Shown: positions 47,783-57,429 of the stretch, piece after piece
Numbering within the stretch: position 1 is the stretch's first letter
Layout of the letters: the number at the start of each line of letters is the position of its first letter
NCBI GenBank assembly: GCA_037310415.1
Contig: CP147780.1
Coordinates: forward strand, 2,528,001-2,592,000
DNA: 64,000 nt
Reading direction: 5' to 3'
Source of the DNA: Candidatus Atabeyarchaeum deiterrae
GTDB taxonomy: Archaea; Asgardarchaeota; Atabeyarchaeia; Atabeyarchaeales; Atabeyarchaeaceae
The notes under the pieces: generated by a model
Told to the model about the DNA's origin: nothing
Databases searched by the model: none
The model's input: the letters and a program-made list of their open reading frames with translations, nothing else
Made by a program: the position numbers and the translations under genes

Positions 47783-48688
47783 TTGGATGCGCCCAAGGGA
47801 TCTACGATGAGCAATAGAAACCTCAGCGATACTGTTAGGAAACGACGGCGAGTTCTTGCCAAGAAGGAAGGGGTTGAAGAGGGAATTCTCAGCCAAGCAA
47901 GAACCGATGGTCACATAGATGAACTCGTAGCAGCTTTGAAAGACGGAAATGTGGACAACGCAAAATTGGCTTTGCAGGCCATTGCGAATGCTGTGCCCGA
48001 AGGCTATGTTGCGGCAGTCTTGGTTCGTGACAGGAAGAATGATAGGGTTCAGCATGGAACTAGTCAATGTGTATGCTCCCTGAAGCCTGCTACGACAGAA
48101 TTGCCTATGCCTGAAAACGGCTCGTATGTGCTTACTGCCGAGGCTTCTCCAATAGCCAATATTGAGTCTTCTTTTCACATCGTTTGGCTTGGCGCGGAGT
48201 CTTCCGGCAAGTCAAGTTTGATTGAGAGAATTAGACAGGAAGAATTCGCATCGGTTCCCACGACTATAGGGCTAAATGTTACATCTTTCTTCTTGGAAGG
48301 AACCAAAATAGTCAACTGTGATGTCTCGGGGCACAAGTCTTTCAGGAGTATATGGGATTCATTGATTGTGGGTAACCCTGATATCATAGTGGATGTCATT
48401 GACGCATCCGACAGTTCCGCGCTTGATGCAGCGAAGGATGTGCTAACGAATTATGTACTTAAAAGCGAAAACCTCAGAAAAACTCCCATTGTGATTGCGG
48501 CAAATAAACAAGATGTTGAAGGAGCTTTGACGGTCGAGCAACTAGCCAATAAGCTGGGGCTGCCTACACTAATACAGGACAGAGACTGGAGAGTTATTGC
48601 GACCAGTGCCAAGACTGGCGCAGGCATCAGAGATATGCTAGGATGGATACTCCAAGAAATCAAGATGATTAAGGGTGTAGAATCCTAA
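47783..48688 (+). CDS. Arf-family small GTPase with ~130-aa N-terminal extension
   Basis: GAESSGKSS, PTTIGLN, CDVSGH, RSIW, VID.SD, ANKQD, TSAKTG.GI. Confidence 0.88.
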   Translation: MDAPKGSTMSNRNLSDTVRKRRRVLAKKEGVEEGILSQARTDGHIDELVAALKDGNVDNAKLALQAIANAVPEGYVAAVLVRDRKNDRVQHGTSQCVCSLKPATTELPMPENGSYVLTAEASPIANIESSFHIVWLGAESSGKSSLIERIRQEEFASVPTTIGLNVTSFFLEGTKIVNCDVSGHKSFRSIWDSLIVGNPDIIVDVIDASDSSALDAAKDVLTNYVLKSENLRKTPIVIAANKQDVEGALTVEQLANKLGLPTLIQDRDWRVIATSAKTGAGIRDMLGWILQEIKMIKGVES

Positions 48689-49122
48689 TGGGAGTAGGAA
48701 CATTCGTAGCCACGCCAGTAGGTTCGACTGGAAAGAACTTCAGGATAATCATGAACACACTTGACGAATCGGCAACCGCAATCAAAGAAATGGCTGCCAG
48801 GGTCCTTGCCCTGACAGGTTCAACGCCGACCGCGTTAATTGCAAATGCTCAAGGAGCAGCGAGTTTTGAGCTACACATTGGGCTTCCTAGGGGTTACCAG
48901 GGATTCGCGGCATCGTGCATTGATGTATCAGGAGAGAACATCATATTGGCGTTGGCAGCAAAACCAACTGGGATGCCCTTACTCTCCTACGCAGTCGAAG
49001 CATGCAGGAACAAGATCAATGTGATAATTGAAGGGATTAAGAGAGATGGCAAAGTTCCACGTGATTTGCTGAGAGATCTCCATCTCAGTCTTGAAAGGGA
49101 ACTTGGGTTGTTCAGACTGTAG
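48688..49122 (+). CDS. Hypothetical protein, possible longin/roadblock-like fold
   Basis: TAATG overlap with the GTPase stop; apparent b-b-a-b-b-b-a-a pattern by eye. Confidence 0.55.
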   Translation: MGVGTFVATPVGSTGKNFRIIMNTLDESATAIKEMAARVLALTGSTPTALIANAQGAASFELHIGLPRGYQGFAASCIDVSGENIILALAAKPTGMPLLSYAVEACRNKINVIIEGIKRDGKVPRDLLRDLHLSLERELGLFRL

Positions 49123-49150
49123 CAATCTCAATGCTAGTAACTGAGGATTT

Positions 49151-50491
49151 CTACCAGATGTCGCCTGGGAAAGTGTGTGTAGGCTTCCTTGGGAAGGCAT
49201 TCTCCAATAGTCCAACAATCTCGTTTCGCTTCGCACCGGTTGTCGGCATCTTGAGCTTCCCCTCATTAATCAGCTCGGCAGAACTCTTGGCTCCGAATAG
49301 TAGCTTTGCAAATGAGTCATCATCTAGGAACATGACGCTGCCTTCCTTCTTTTCTTGGTCTTCCAAAACCGTTACGTTACCCGGTTCTAGTTTCAACGTC
49401 ACACTTCCTCCGCCTAGTATCTTGACTGCGATTGTCTTTAGGTGAGGCAGTGTGCTCTCGCGCTGCTCTCCTCTCTTGGAATAAAAATGTTGAAGGGAAG
49501 ACTGCATTGTCACTTTGAGATCTAGTGTCTTTAGCATGAATACACTTATGCCAGTGAGTGGGCTCGAACCTTTCCTAAACAAATCATCAATTAGGATGTT
49601 CTCGGAAGAGTATGCAATGATTGAGAGAGGACTCTCGTTTCTCAAATGCGACAATATGCTTTCCGCGATAGGTCTGCCCGCTTGCTTCTCATACCCGGGC
49701 GTGGTCAGAACCTCGCATATGTGTCCAAGTTTGTCTCTCTTTGCTAGCCCTGAGATTCCATATCCGACGATGTTCCCATCTTCTCCCTCAGCGACGATCA
49801 TATTGCCTTGCCTGAGATCTTCTTCATAGAAGGGACTTTCATAGACGAACCTGTCCCTGTACTTCGTCTTCCACATTTCCTTGTCTCTTACAGCTAAGCC
49901 ATTGTAAGAGTCATAATTCTTCTCATAAACTCTGAGTAGCGATGTGTCGTCCTTCTCAACGGATTCTCTGGTCTCTATCCTTTTTCCAAGTGACCCTTGC
50001 CTAGTTTGATCATTAGTCCATCCTAGTGGCGTTTTCACGCCTCTCAGCAACATCACTTGGAAACAGACACCAGAGAATCCGAGCCTTAGGTATATTCTGT
50101 GAGCTGGAATCTGCGCGCCAGTGAAAAGGGCCGAAACTAGAAAACCTTTCTCCCTCACAACTCCAAGCGCATGGTTCAATAACCTCGTCGATATGCCACT
50201 CCGTCTGAAGTCTCGTGTGGTTGAGACGTTGGCGATTCCTGCAACACTCAGTGTAGCTCCTGCCGCCACCTTCATCTTTCTCTCAACGATTTGGACATGA
50301 GAGACTATTCTGCCATCTTTTTCCGCGACAAAAGATAAATCTTTGCGGTACCCAGGATCAATCTCGAAGAATCTCCGCCATTTCTCTCCTGTCAGCCCAA
50401 ATGATTTGAAACTGCCAAAGCATTCGCTTAGGAGTTTGGCAATCTCGTCTTCGTCTCCTTCCCTGTAGGTTCTGATGCTCATATCCCTCAT
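49151..50491 (-). CDS. Eis-like GNAT acetyltransferase with C-terminal SCP2-like domain
   Basis: GIANVST..DFRRSGISTRLL acetyl-CoA motif, IY.RLGF, second GNAT-like repeat, FAKLLFG....ELI..G. Confidence 0.85.
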   Translation of the reverse strand: MRDMSIRTYREGDEDEIAKLLSECFGSFKSFGLTGEKWRRFFEIDPGYRKDLSFVAEKDGRIVSHVQIVERKMKVAAGATLSVAGIANVSTTRDFRRSGISTRLLNHALGVVREKGFLVSALFTGAQIPAHRIYLRLGFSGVCFQVMLLRGVKTPLGWTNDQTRQGSLGKRIETRESVEKDDTSLLRVYEKNYDSYNGLAVRDKEMWKTKYRDRFVYESPFYEEDLRQGNMIVAEGEDGNIVGYGISGLAKRDKLGHICEVLTTPGYEKQAGRPIAESILSHLRNESPLSIIAYSSENILIDDLFRKGSSPLTGISVFMLKTLDLKVTMQSSLQHFYSKRGEQRESTLPHLKTIAVKILGGGSVTLKLEPGNVTVLEDQEKKEGSVMFLDDDSFAKLLFGAKSSAELINEGKLKMPTTGAKRNEIVGLLENAFPRKPTHTFPGDIW

Positions 50492-50575
50492 CTATCCTGT
50501 GTGATCAATCGTGATGCCCAGCCATCTAGTCTGTGAGAGACAAGACTAATTATCTGCTTCAACCAATAAACACCT

Positions 50576-51781
50576 TTGGTGTTTTGCGTGTTCAAAGAGT
50601 ACGGTGAGTTACGGCACATAACCAACTTCAGACGAGTGATTTACCCTATTTCAATAGCGTTTTTCATCTACACCGCCGGCTGGGGAATTGCGTCTCCCAT
50701 CTTCTCCATATATGTGCAAAATGTGACAGGAGACCTGTTCATGACTGGCATCGTTCTTTCGCTGACTACAATGATGGGCATATTCCTCAACATACCAGTC
50801 GGTCTCGCAGAAAATAGAATCAATATGAAACGAGTCCTCCAAGTAGTGCTGCTCATTTACTCCGCCCTTGCCATACTGTACACTTTGGCCAATTCCCTCC
50901 TTCCATTACTGCTAGTCAGCGTTACTAGGGGAATTGCGTCGTCTTTCCTATGGTTGACTTCTTGGGCTTACGTTTTCAGCTATGCTGAGAAAGAAGTCAA
51001 AGGAAAGGAGACAGGATTCTTCTCTGACATGAATGACCTGGCCTCAGCCATTTTCCCTATTGTTGGGGGTTTTGCCACCCTGATTCTGATTTTTCTGCCG
51101 TTCTATCTTCTCAGCTTGACAAGCATAATTGCGTTCATCGTAGTTTCGGTCTTCTTGAAGGAGATACCTAGGCGCCAAAGAGCGTCGTTGAGAAGCCAGA
51201 CGGGAGGACTTTGGAGATCAATGCGCAATAAGCGATTCGTAAAGACGATTTTCCTTATAGTCGTTTTCTACGCTTTGATCAATATCTATTACTCCTTTCT
51301 ATCAGTTTTCCTTCATAGCGAAGGAATCTCTGTCCCAGTGATAGGTGTGATACTTACAGTCTCCCTCCTGCCTGCTGTTGCCCTCGAATTGCCAATGGGA
51401 AATATGGTAGATAGATATGGAGTACGCAAGACGTTGGTACCTGCTGTCATATTGACAACTCTTACGGCAATCCTGATAGCATTACCAAGTAGCATAATAC
51501 CATTCGCAACAAACATTTATTATACGATGGCAGTAGTAACGGCTTTCACAATTAGCTACACAATGATCTTCATAGTGCTTTACACGAGAATGTCTGATAC
51601 GCTGCGACAAAACAAAGTAGCCATGACTGGAGCAATTGCTGCATTCAAAGATCTGGGATATACTATTGGTCCGCTAATGGCTGGGGTGTTGATGGAATTC
51701 ATGAGCATTAGGAGCGTGTTCATATTAGCAGGCGCCGCATTCGCCTTCTTAATACCAGTTGCTCTTACGCTGCATGATTAG
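50576..51781 (+). CDS. MFS transporter
   Basis: About 12 TM segments, GNMVDRYGVRK motif A, DLGYTIGP. Confidence 0.88.
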   Translation: MVFCVFKEYGELRHITNFRRVIYPISIAFFIYTAGWGIASPIFSIYVQNVTGDLFMTGIVLSLTTMMGIFLNIPVGLAENRINMKRVLQVVLLIYSALAILYTLANSLLPLLLVSVTRGIASSFLWLTSWAYVFSYAEKEVKGKETGFFSDMNDLASAIFPIVGGFATLILIFLPFYLLSLTSIIAFIVVSVFLKEIPRRQRASLRSQTGGLWRSMRNKRFVKTIFLIVVFYALINIYYSFLSVFLHSEGISVPVIGVILTVSLLPAVALELPMGNMVDRYGVRKTLVPAVILTTLTAILIALPSSIIPFATNIYYTMAVVTAFTISYTMIFIVLYTRMSDTLRQNKVAMTGAIAAFKDLGYTIGPLMAGVLMEFMSIRSVFILAGAAFAFLIPVALTLHD

Positions 51782-51809
51782 AAGTTCAAGCTGTATCGCT
51801 GTGATGCAG

Positions 51810-52802
51810 TCAACCCACTATCTCTTTGACGGCTTTGACGATCTTCTTCTCGTCCGGAATGAAGCAGCTTTCGAGCACAGGACTGAATGGAACTGGCGTA
51901 TCAGGTGCTGTGACTCTCATTATGGGGGCATCTAGGTAGTCGAATGCCTCCTCCATAATAATAGATGCAATCTCTCCGCTGACACCCGCAGTCCTGCAAT
52001 CCTCGCTCACTACCACGGCATGTCCTGTCTTCTTGACTGATTCACCAATAGTTTTCCTATCAAATGGCACAAGTGTCCTCGGGTCAATCACTTCTGCCTT
52101 TATTCCTTGGCTTTCAAGTTCCTTCGCCGCGCCAAGAGCTTTCTGAACCATGTAGAGTACTCCAATGATTGTTACGTCGCTACCCTCTTTCTTAATGTCT
52201 GCTTTGCCGAAGGGTATAGTGTAGTCTTCGTCAGGAACATTGCCTTTCACTCCATACAAGATCTTATGCTCAGCGAACAGCACAGGACTGTTTCCTCTGA
52301 TAGCTGTCTTGAGCAGACCCTTCGCATCATAGGGTGTCGATGCAACTACAAGCTTCAAGCCAGCAGCATGCATGAACCATGATAAGTAAGTTGAAGAATG
52401 ATGAGCGGCAACCTGGGTACCTGCACCATAGGGAGTTCGAATTACGACTGGAACCTTCACCTGTCCCCCGAACATGTAGTGGATCTTCGCCGCCTGATTC
52501 ACGATCTGATCCACAGCCAACGCTATTAGATCTCCGAACATGATCTCGACGACAGGTCTCATGCCTGTCATAGCTGAGCCTATTGCGGCGCCCACGAAAG
52601 TGTTTTCCGAGATTGGAGTATCACGCACCCTTTGATCTCCGAATTCATCAGCCAATCCTTGTGTCACCTTGAATGCGCCTTGCCAGTATTTCCCGATGTC
52701 TTCCCCCATTAGAAACACGGTCTTGTCTCTCTTCATTTCTTCGCGTAGCGCTTCTCGAATGGCATCTCTAACGGTTATCTCTCTCATCTTGATGTTCACC
52801 AC
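51810..52802 (-). CDS. 2-oxoacid/acetoin dehydrogenase E1 beta subunit
   Basis: GEDI, RVRDTPISE, GMRPVVEIMF, EVIDPRTLVP, LDAP. Confidence 0.95.
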   Translation of the reverse strand: MVNIKMREITVRDAIREALREEMKRDKTVFLMGEDIGKYWQGAFKVTQGLADEFGDQRVRDTPISENTFVGAAIGSAMTGMRPVVEIMFGDLIALAVDQIVNQAAKIHYMFGGQVKVPVVIRTPYGAGTQVAAHHSSTYLSWFMHAAGLKLVVASTPYDAKGLLKTAIRGNSPVLFAEHKILYGVKGNVPDEDYTIPFGKADIKKEGSDVTIIGVLYMVQKALGAAKELESQGIKAEVIDPRTLVPFDRKTIGESVKKTGHAVVVSEDCRTAGVSGEIASIIMEEAFDYLDAPIMRVTAPDTPVPFSPVLESCFIPDEKKIVKAVKEIVG

Positions 52803-52810
52803 GCTGTTGT

Positions 52811-53809
52811 CTAGTCTGCATAGACATCGTCACAAACACAGGTTGGCTCAGGTTGCGGACTCTCCTTCGCAAATTTGGATGCTTCCTCAACCTTGAGTTT
52901 TACTTGGTCTTCTATCTTCTTCAGTTCGTCTTCCTTCGCAACCCTCTCGTCAAGCAACCTGTCACGCATTCTCTTCACAGCGTCCCTCTTGATCCACTCT
53001 TCAACTTCTTCCTTCGGCCTGTATGTCGCAGGATCGAATCTGGAGTGTCCTTTCAGTCTGTAGGTCTTGGTTTCAATCAGGGTCGGTCCTTCACCTTTCC
53101 TAGCTCTTCGAACAGCTTCAGACGCGACTCTGTAGACATCGACTACATCGTTTCCGTCAACGATGACTCCGGGCATGCCATAAGCGGATGCTCTGTCAGC
53201 GACATTCTCCAGAACCATCGCTATGCTTTGGCGTGTCCCCATTGCATACAGATTGTTCTCACAAACAAAGAGGACGGGCAGCTTCCAGACCGAAGCCAAA
53301 TTTAACGACTCGTGAAAAGTACCTTGGTTTGAGGCGCCTTCACCAAAAAACACTGCCACGACCTGATCTGTTCCTTTCATCTTGGCTGATAAGCCGGCGC
53401 CGACAGCTAAGGGAAGACCTGAACCCACAACACCAGTTGCACCCAAAATCCCCTTGTCAAAGTCGGTGACATGCATTGATCCGCCCTTACCTTTGCAGTA
53501 TCCAGTTCCTTTACCCATTATCTCAGCCATCATTTTGCCGAGGTCCGCCCCTTTTGCTATGCAGTGACCGTGTCCTCTGTGCGTGCTTTGAATGTAGTCA
53601 TCTTGTCTGAGAGCAGAGCATATGCCTACAGCTGAGGCTTCTTCGCCCAAGTAGAGGTGGATTGTTCCAGGGATGAGGTTCTGACCGAATAACTCGTAGA
53701 CTTTCTCCTCGAAAAGACGAAGCTCGAGGACCTTTCGATACATGTCTAGCAGGAAATTCTTTTCAAGTTTCAAGTCGGTTCCATGAACCTTTACAGTCAC
53801 AGTACTCAA
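52811..53809 (-). CDS. 2-oxoacid/acetoin dehydrogenase E1 alpha subunit (AcoA/PdhA-like)
   Basis: HLYLGEEA, STHRGHGH, GKGGSMH, TPP motif GEGA...ENN, TYRLKGHS..DP..YR. Confidence 0.95.
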   Translation of the reverse strand: MSTVTVKVHGTDLKLEKNFLLDMYRKVLELRLFEEKVYELFGQNLIPGTIHLYLGEEASAVGICSALRQDDYIQSTHRGHGHCIAKGADLGKMMAEIMGKGTGYCKGKGGSMHVTDFDKGILGATGVVGSGLPLAVGAGLSAKMKGTDQVVAVFFGEGASNQGTFHESLNLASVWKLPVLFVCENNLYAMGTRQSIAMVLENVADRASAYGMPGVIVDGNDVVDVYRVASEAVRRARKGEGPTLIETKTYRLKGHSRFDPATYRPKEEVEEWIKRDAVKRMRDRLLDERVAKEDELKKIEDQVKLKVEEASKFAKESPQPEPTCVCDDVYAD

Positions 53810-54146
53810 AATAATCGCCTCGATCTAGATCAATAGAAATCAAGTCGATACAAATCTTTTCTTGTTTGGAAAGAATGCTTTTCGATGCTTTCATATGCGT
53901 TAAGTTAACAGACTTAAAATATCTTTGCTTCTTTTTCTCTTAGCATTAACTAGAACTCACTCGACTTGCTTCTGACTTCCGTAACTAGGGGTTTCATTAC
54001 TCCGTAATCCTATTGCCAATGCATAAGGACCAAAGTGGAAGATGATGAGTCTGGGAATACCCACTTGTTCGTTAAATCGATTGCCTTATATTCGGTTAAA
54101 GGTAGATCACAGCAGAGAATCTTGAGGCAGATAGGAGGAGTAAAAA

Positions 54147-54275
54147 GTGGAGATCTGCTGTGAGAAATGCGGAGGAAACGAATTCACAATCATGTCTAAA
54201 GTGCTTGGAGGCATAGTCAATTTGAAATGCAAGAAATGCAACAGGGAATATAGGTTATTCCAGGTTTCTCATTGA
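54147..54275 (+). CDS. 42-aa zinc-ribbon microprotein (below the ORF-track cutoff)
   Basis: AGGAGG SD at 54133-54138; GTG start; MEICCEKCGGNEFTIMSKVLGGIVNLKCKKCNREYRLFQVSH (CxxC-x19-CxxC). Confidence 0.75.
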   Translation: MEICCEKCGGNEFTIMSKVLGGIVNLKCKKCNREYRLFQVSH

Positions 54276-54298
54276 CGGCTGCTAGCCACCATCCCATC

Positions 54299-55444
54299 TT
54301 ACTGAAACAATTCCTTCTGATGTTTCAGCGTGTAGTTCGTGTATAGCCCCATCGCTATTAGAGGATTCTTTGTCTGACTCAGAAACTTCACTTGGGTGTC
54401 CAAGTTTTCCCCTATTTCTTTTTTCCATCTCTTCTCATAGTTGGCTAGGAACTTTGCTGAGGCGTCGTTGGATAGTGCTGCTTCAGCTGCAACTTCTCCG
54501 GCAGCGATCCCCGCTCTAATAGCGAAGTAGATACCTTCTCCTGTCACTGCTCCAACCATTCCGACGCTATCTCCAGCCAAGAGGACTCCGTCGCCGTATG
54601 TCGGGGTGAATGTTCCTGAAAACGGAACATAGGCTCCTTTCACTTCCCCAATGATTCTCGCACCCTTCAGCAGTTGCACCGCGATTTCATTGTTCTTGAC
54701 AAAATCATTGAAGTAGGATGTCGACTTTTTCTTCATCTCGGTTGTAGCGCATCCTGTGCCAACTGTGAGGACTCCTATCTTTGGGAAGATCCAGTGATAT
54801 CCCATGAGGTCACGTTCATAGAAGAGGTATAGGGTGTTTCCCATCCGTTTGTCTATCTCCCGGTTGGGTAGCTTGAAGTGAGCTTCCGTGCAGTAAGCAC
54901 ATCTCTCTCGCCACTTGTTCACATCATTGTTGAACCACTTCGCCCAGAATCCTGCGGTTCTTGCAATATTGCTTGAGACGCCGTCACACCCAACAACGAC
55001 CTTGCTGCGCAAGATGCCTCTGTTTGCAGTCTTGACTCCACATATTCTCTTCTGATCATCGAACATTACGGAAAGAATCGGCGTAGATTCGTATAGAGTC
55101 GCTCCTGAGTTGACAGCCATCTTGGTTAGGTGATAGTCGAATTTCTTCCTTGAAACGGTGCGCCAGGCAAGATGATCTGGCCACGGGACACTGGGAAACT
55201 TCCTTGTTCCAGCGACTACCTGCGCCTGTTCCATCACCCGCTCAATCACGCTACTTGAGATATTCAGTTTCTTAATGACCCAAGCGTTGACTCCACCTCC
55301 ACACAATTTGTCTCTTGGAAGTTTCGCCATTTCCACCAGAGCCGTCTTGGCTCCCCCCTTGGCTGCGTGCATTGCAGCCATACTGCCCGCTGGTCCCGCT
55401 CCGACCACAACCACATCAAATATCTCCTGAGTCATATTGATCAC
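54299..55444 (-). CDS. Geranylgeranyl reductase family flavoprotein
   Basis: VVGAGPAG, RDKLCGGG, R.KFD, GYHWIFPK, LAGDS.G.V..VTGEGI. Confidence 0.9.
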   Translation of the reverse strand: MINMTQEIFDVVVVGAGPAGSMAAMHAAKGGAKTALVEMAKLPRDKLCGGGVNAWVIKKLNISSSVIERVMEQAQVVAGTRKFPSVPWPDHLAWRTVSRKKFDYHLTKMAVNSGATLYESTPILSVMFDDQKRICGVKTANRGILRSKVVVGCDGVSSNIARTAGFWAKWFNNDVNKWRERCAYCTEAHFKLPNREIDKRMGNTLYLFYERDLMGYHWIFPKIGVLTVGTGCATTEMKKKSTSYFNDFVKNNEIAVQLLKGARIIGEVKGAYVPFSGTFTPTYGDGVLLAGDSVGMVGAVTGEGIYFAIRAGIAAGEVAAEAALSNDASAKFLANYEKRWKKEIGENLDTQVKFLSQTKNPLIAMGLYTNYTLKHQKELFQ

Positions 55445-56121
55445 TTACCCCGCATTGGTTCTCGCTCAAGTTTCAGTAGAGATGAGAGAGCAGCGTTGAA
55501 AGCGCCTCTTTGAGCTCGTGAAGGAGTGTTACCCATTGCAACGATCAACGTGTCTCCTTCCTCGAATCTGAATTCTAGCACTAATTCTCTAACGGTTTTC
55601 CTGTCAACGACTCTCATAGAGACTGATGGCACCTTGAGTTCCCCTTTTTCAAACACGAGTGTTGTGGCACCGATAGCACCAACAAGCAGAGCTTGATCTC
55701 GTTGTTCTATTCCGCTCTCCACGAAGGAGGCTGATCCTCTGAGTTGAATAGCATAAGCAAACTCGGCAAAGGACACTCCAGGTGCATGAACTTCCTTGAA
55801 ATCTACAATCCTTGCTCTGACTTCTCGGTTCCAAGTCTTCCCTCCATCCGTCAACACATGACCTCGGTTTCCAACGAGTTGTACTAGCTTATTCTGTTCG
55901 AGGCGTCTAAGCAGAGTCTTGACTGGACCCTCCTTGAGGTCCAACTGTTTCATCAAAGTGGACCGACTGATGGGCTGAGTCTCGGTTCCTATGAAAACGA
56001 TTGCTGCTAGTATATCACATCTCTCGAATGAGGGCGGGACGGTTGGCGAAGCCATGATGTTCTCTAATAGACGAGATAGCGATGACATAGAACCAAGTGA
56101 ACCTTCGCCCAACACTAGCAC
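55441..56121 (-). CDS. DUF4443-like winged-helix protein
   Basis: ISRSTL...LDLKEGPVKTLLRRL wHTH; GIEQRDQA...GA.GATT motif. Confidence 0.75.
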   Translation of the reverse strand: MLVLGEGSLGSMSSLSRLLENIMASPTVPPSFERCDILAAIVFIGTETQPISRSTLMKQLDLKEGPVKTLLRRLEQNKLVQLVGNRGHVLTDGGKTWNREVRARIVDFKEVHAPGVSFAEFAYAIQLRGSASFVESGIEQRDQALLVGAIGATTLVFEKGELKVPSVSMRVVDRKTVRELVLEFRFEEGDTLIVAMGNTPSRAQRGAFNAALSSLLKLEREPMRGK

Positions 56122-56312
56122 CAGTATTAGGAGTAGTCCTAGTTCCCTTATTTATTACATTACATTCTAGAGGATCCTTTCTTCCGTTGGTCATGAGATC
56201 GACCGTGCGTTAATGGAAAGGTTTTTATATGTCTGTTGGATAACTTATCCAACGACGCAATACGAGATAAAGAGAACTCCATTGCTGAAAACGCGTTTGG
56301 GCGGAAGACGAC

Positions 56313-56930
56313 TTGAACGAGAATGAACATGCGAACCGGTCTGCCAACAATAATCAAAGGACAGGCGTACGCAAGAGCGTTGAAGTATCAATAGTGGCCA
56401 TGCTTTCAGCAACAGCGATATCAATTGGCATTCTTCGGTTTTGGGCGCCTAACATCGAACTGACGAGCTTGATTGCTTTTCTGTCAGGATTTGTGTTTGG
56501 ATCGCGTATTGGGGGTCTTGTAGGGCTAGTCACGATGTCGGTGTCGAGTATTCTGAACCCGCTTGGGTCGGGAGCCGTATGGCCAGCTATCCTGTTGACT
56601 CAAGTGAGTTGCATGACGCTAATTGGAGCAGTTGGAGGATTAGTTTCAAGATTTTCTGGTAGAGGTGATACAGCTCTCAGTTTGTCACTCAAGATGGGTG
56701 CTGCGGGGTTCTATCTGACCTTGATATACGATCTTGTGACCAACTTTGGATATGCTCTGTCTTTTCCGTTGGCTCCTGATCTTGTCACGCGTTATGAGAT
56801 TGCGTTGATTGCGGGCTTATACTTCATGGTCATTCATGTGATGAGCAATATCCTACTCTTTGGCGTAGTAGGCCCAGTAGCATCGCGATCGATAACAAGA
56901 GTAATCCAAAGAGAAGAGGCGTATAAGTAG
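56313..56930 (+). CDS. ECF transporter S component (CbrT-like, probably cobalamin)
   Basis: PNIEL, G..FG...G..VG, LTLIYDL.TN, HVMSN; hydrophobic; adjacent to DUF4430. Confidence 0.8.
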   Translation: MNENEHANRSANNNQRTGVRKSVEVSIVAMLSATAISIGILRFWAPNIELTSLIAFLSGFVFGSRIGGLVGLVTMSVSSILNPLGSGAVWPAILLTQVSCMTLIGAVGGLVSRFSGRGDTALSLSLKMGAAGFYLTLIYDLVTNFGYALSFPLAPDLVTRYEIALIAGLYFMVIHVMSNILLFGVVGPVASRSITRVIQREEAYK

Positions 56931-57392
56931 ATGAATCGTACGAAATCTGCTATTCTATTGCTCGCTATATTGATTCCCTCAGCTTCCCTGATCGGAGCAT
57001 ATACTTATTTCTGGGGTTCAGGCATCGGAGGATCCCTCGGCGGCCCAGGCATTTTCGGAACCCCTGCTCCATGCTATAACGTGACTATTATCATCAATTA
57101 TGGAAAAGACTATGGGCATGGCGTCACCCAGACTTTCAGCCAGTTGAATTTCACACAAGGTGCCAGTGTTTTTGAAGGATTGGTTGGAGCCATTGGTGAT
57201 GCAAATGTAACGTACCAGTACTATGGTTCACTCGTATTTGTAAGGGGGATTAATGGCGTCATTAATGGCGGATCTGCCAACCTGTACTGGCAGTACTACA
57301 TTAACGGGCAATATGGCCCTTCTGCTTCGAACCTCTACTATCTGGGTAACAACAGTGTGGTAGAGTGGCGGTATGAGTCATCTAGATTCTGA
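56931..57392 (+). CDS. DUF4430 (transcobalamin C-terminal-like) membrane-anchored protein
   Basis: YGSLVFVRGING....YWQYYING..GP....Y.L.NN.VVEWRY; N-terminal TM. Confidence 0.85.
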   Translation: MNRTKSAILLLAILIPSASLIGAYTYFWGSGIGGSLGGPGIFGTPAPCYNVTIIINYGKDYGHGVTQTFSQLNFTQGASVFEGLVGAIGDANVTYQYYGSLVFVRGINGVINGGSANLYWQYYINGQYGPSASNLYYLGNNSVVEWRYESSRF

Positions 57393-57429
57393 TGAATGGA
57401 AAAGTTCTGCAAAGGATGGCGATATTTGG

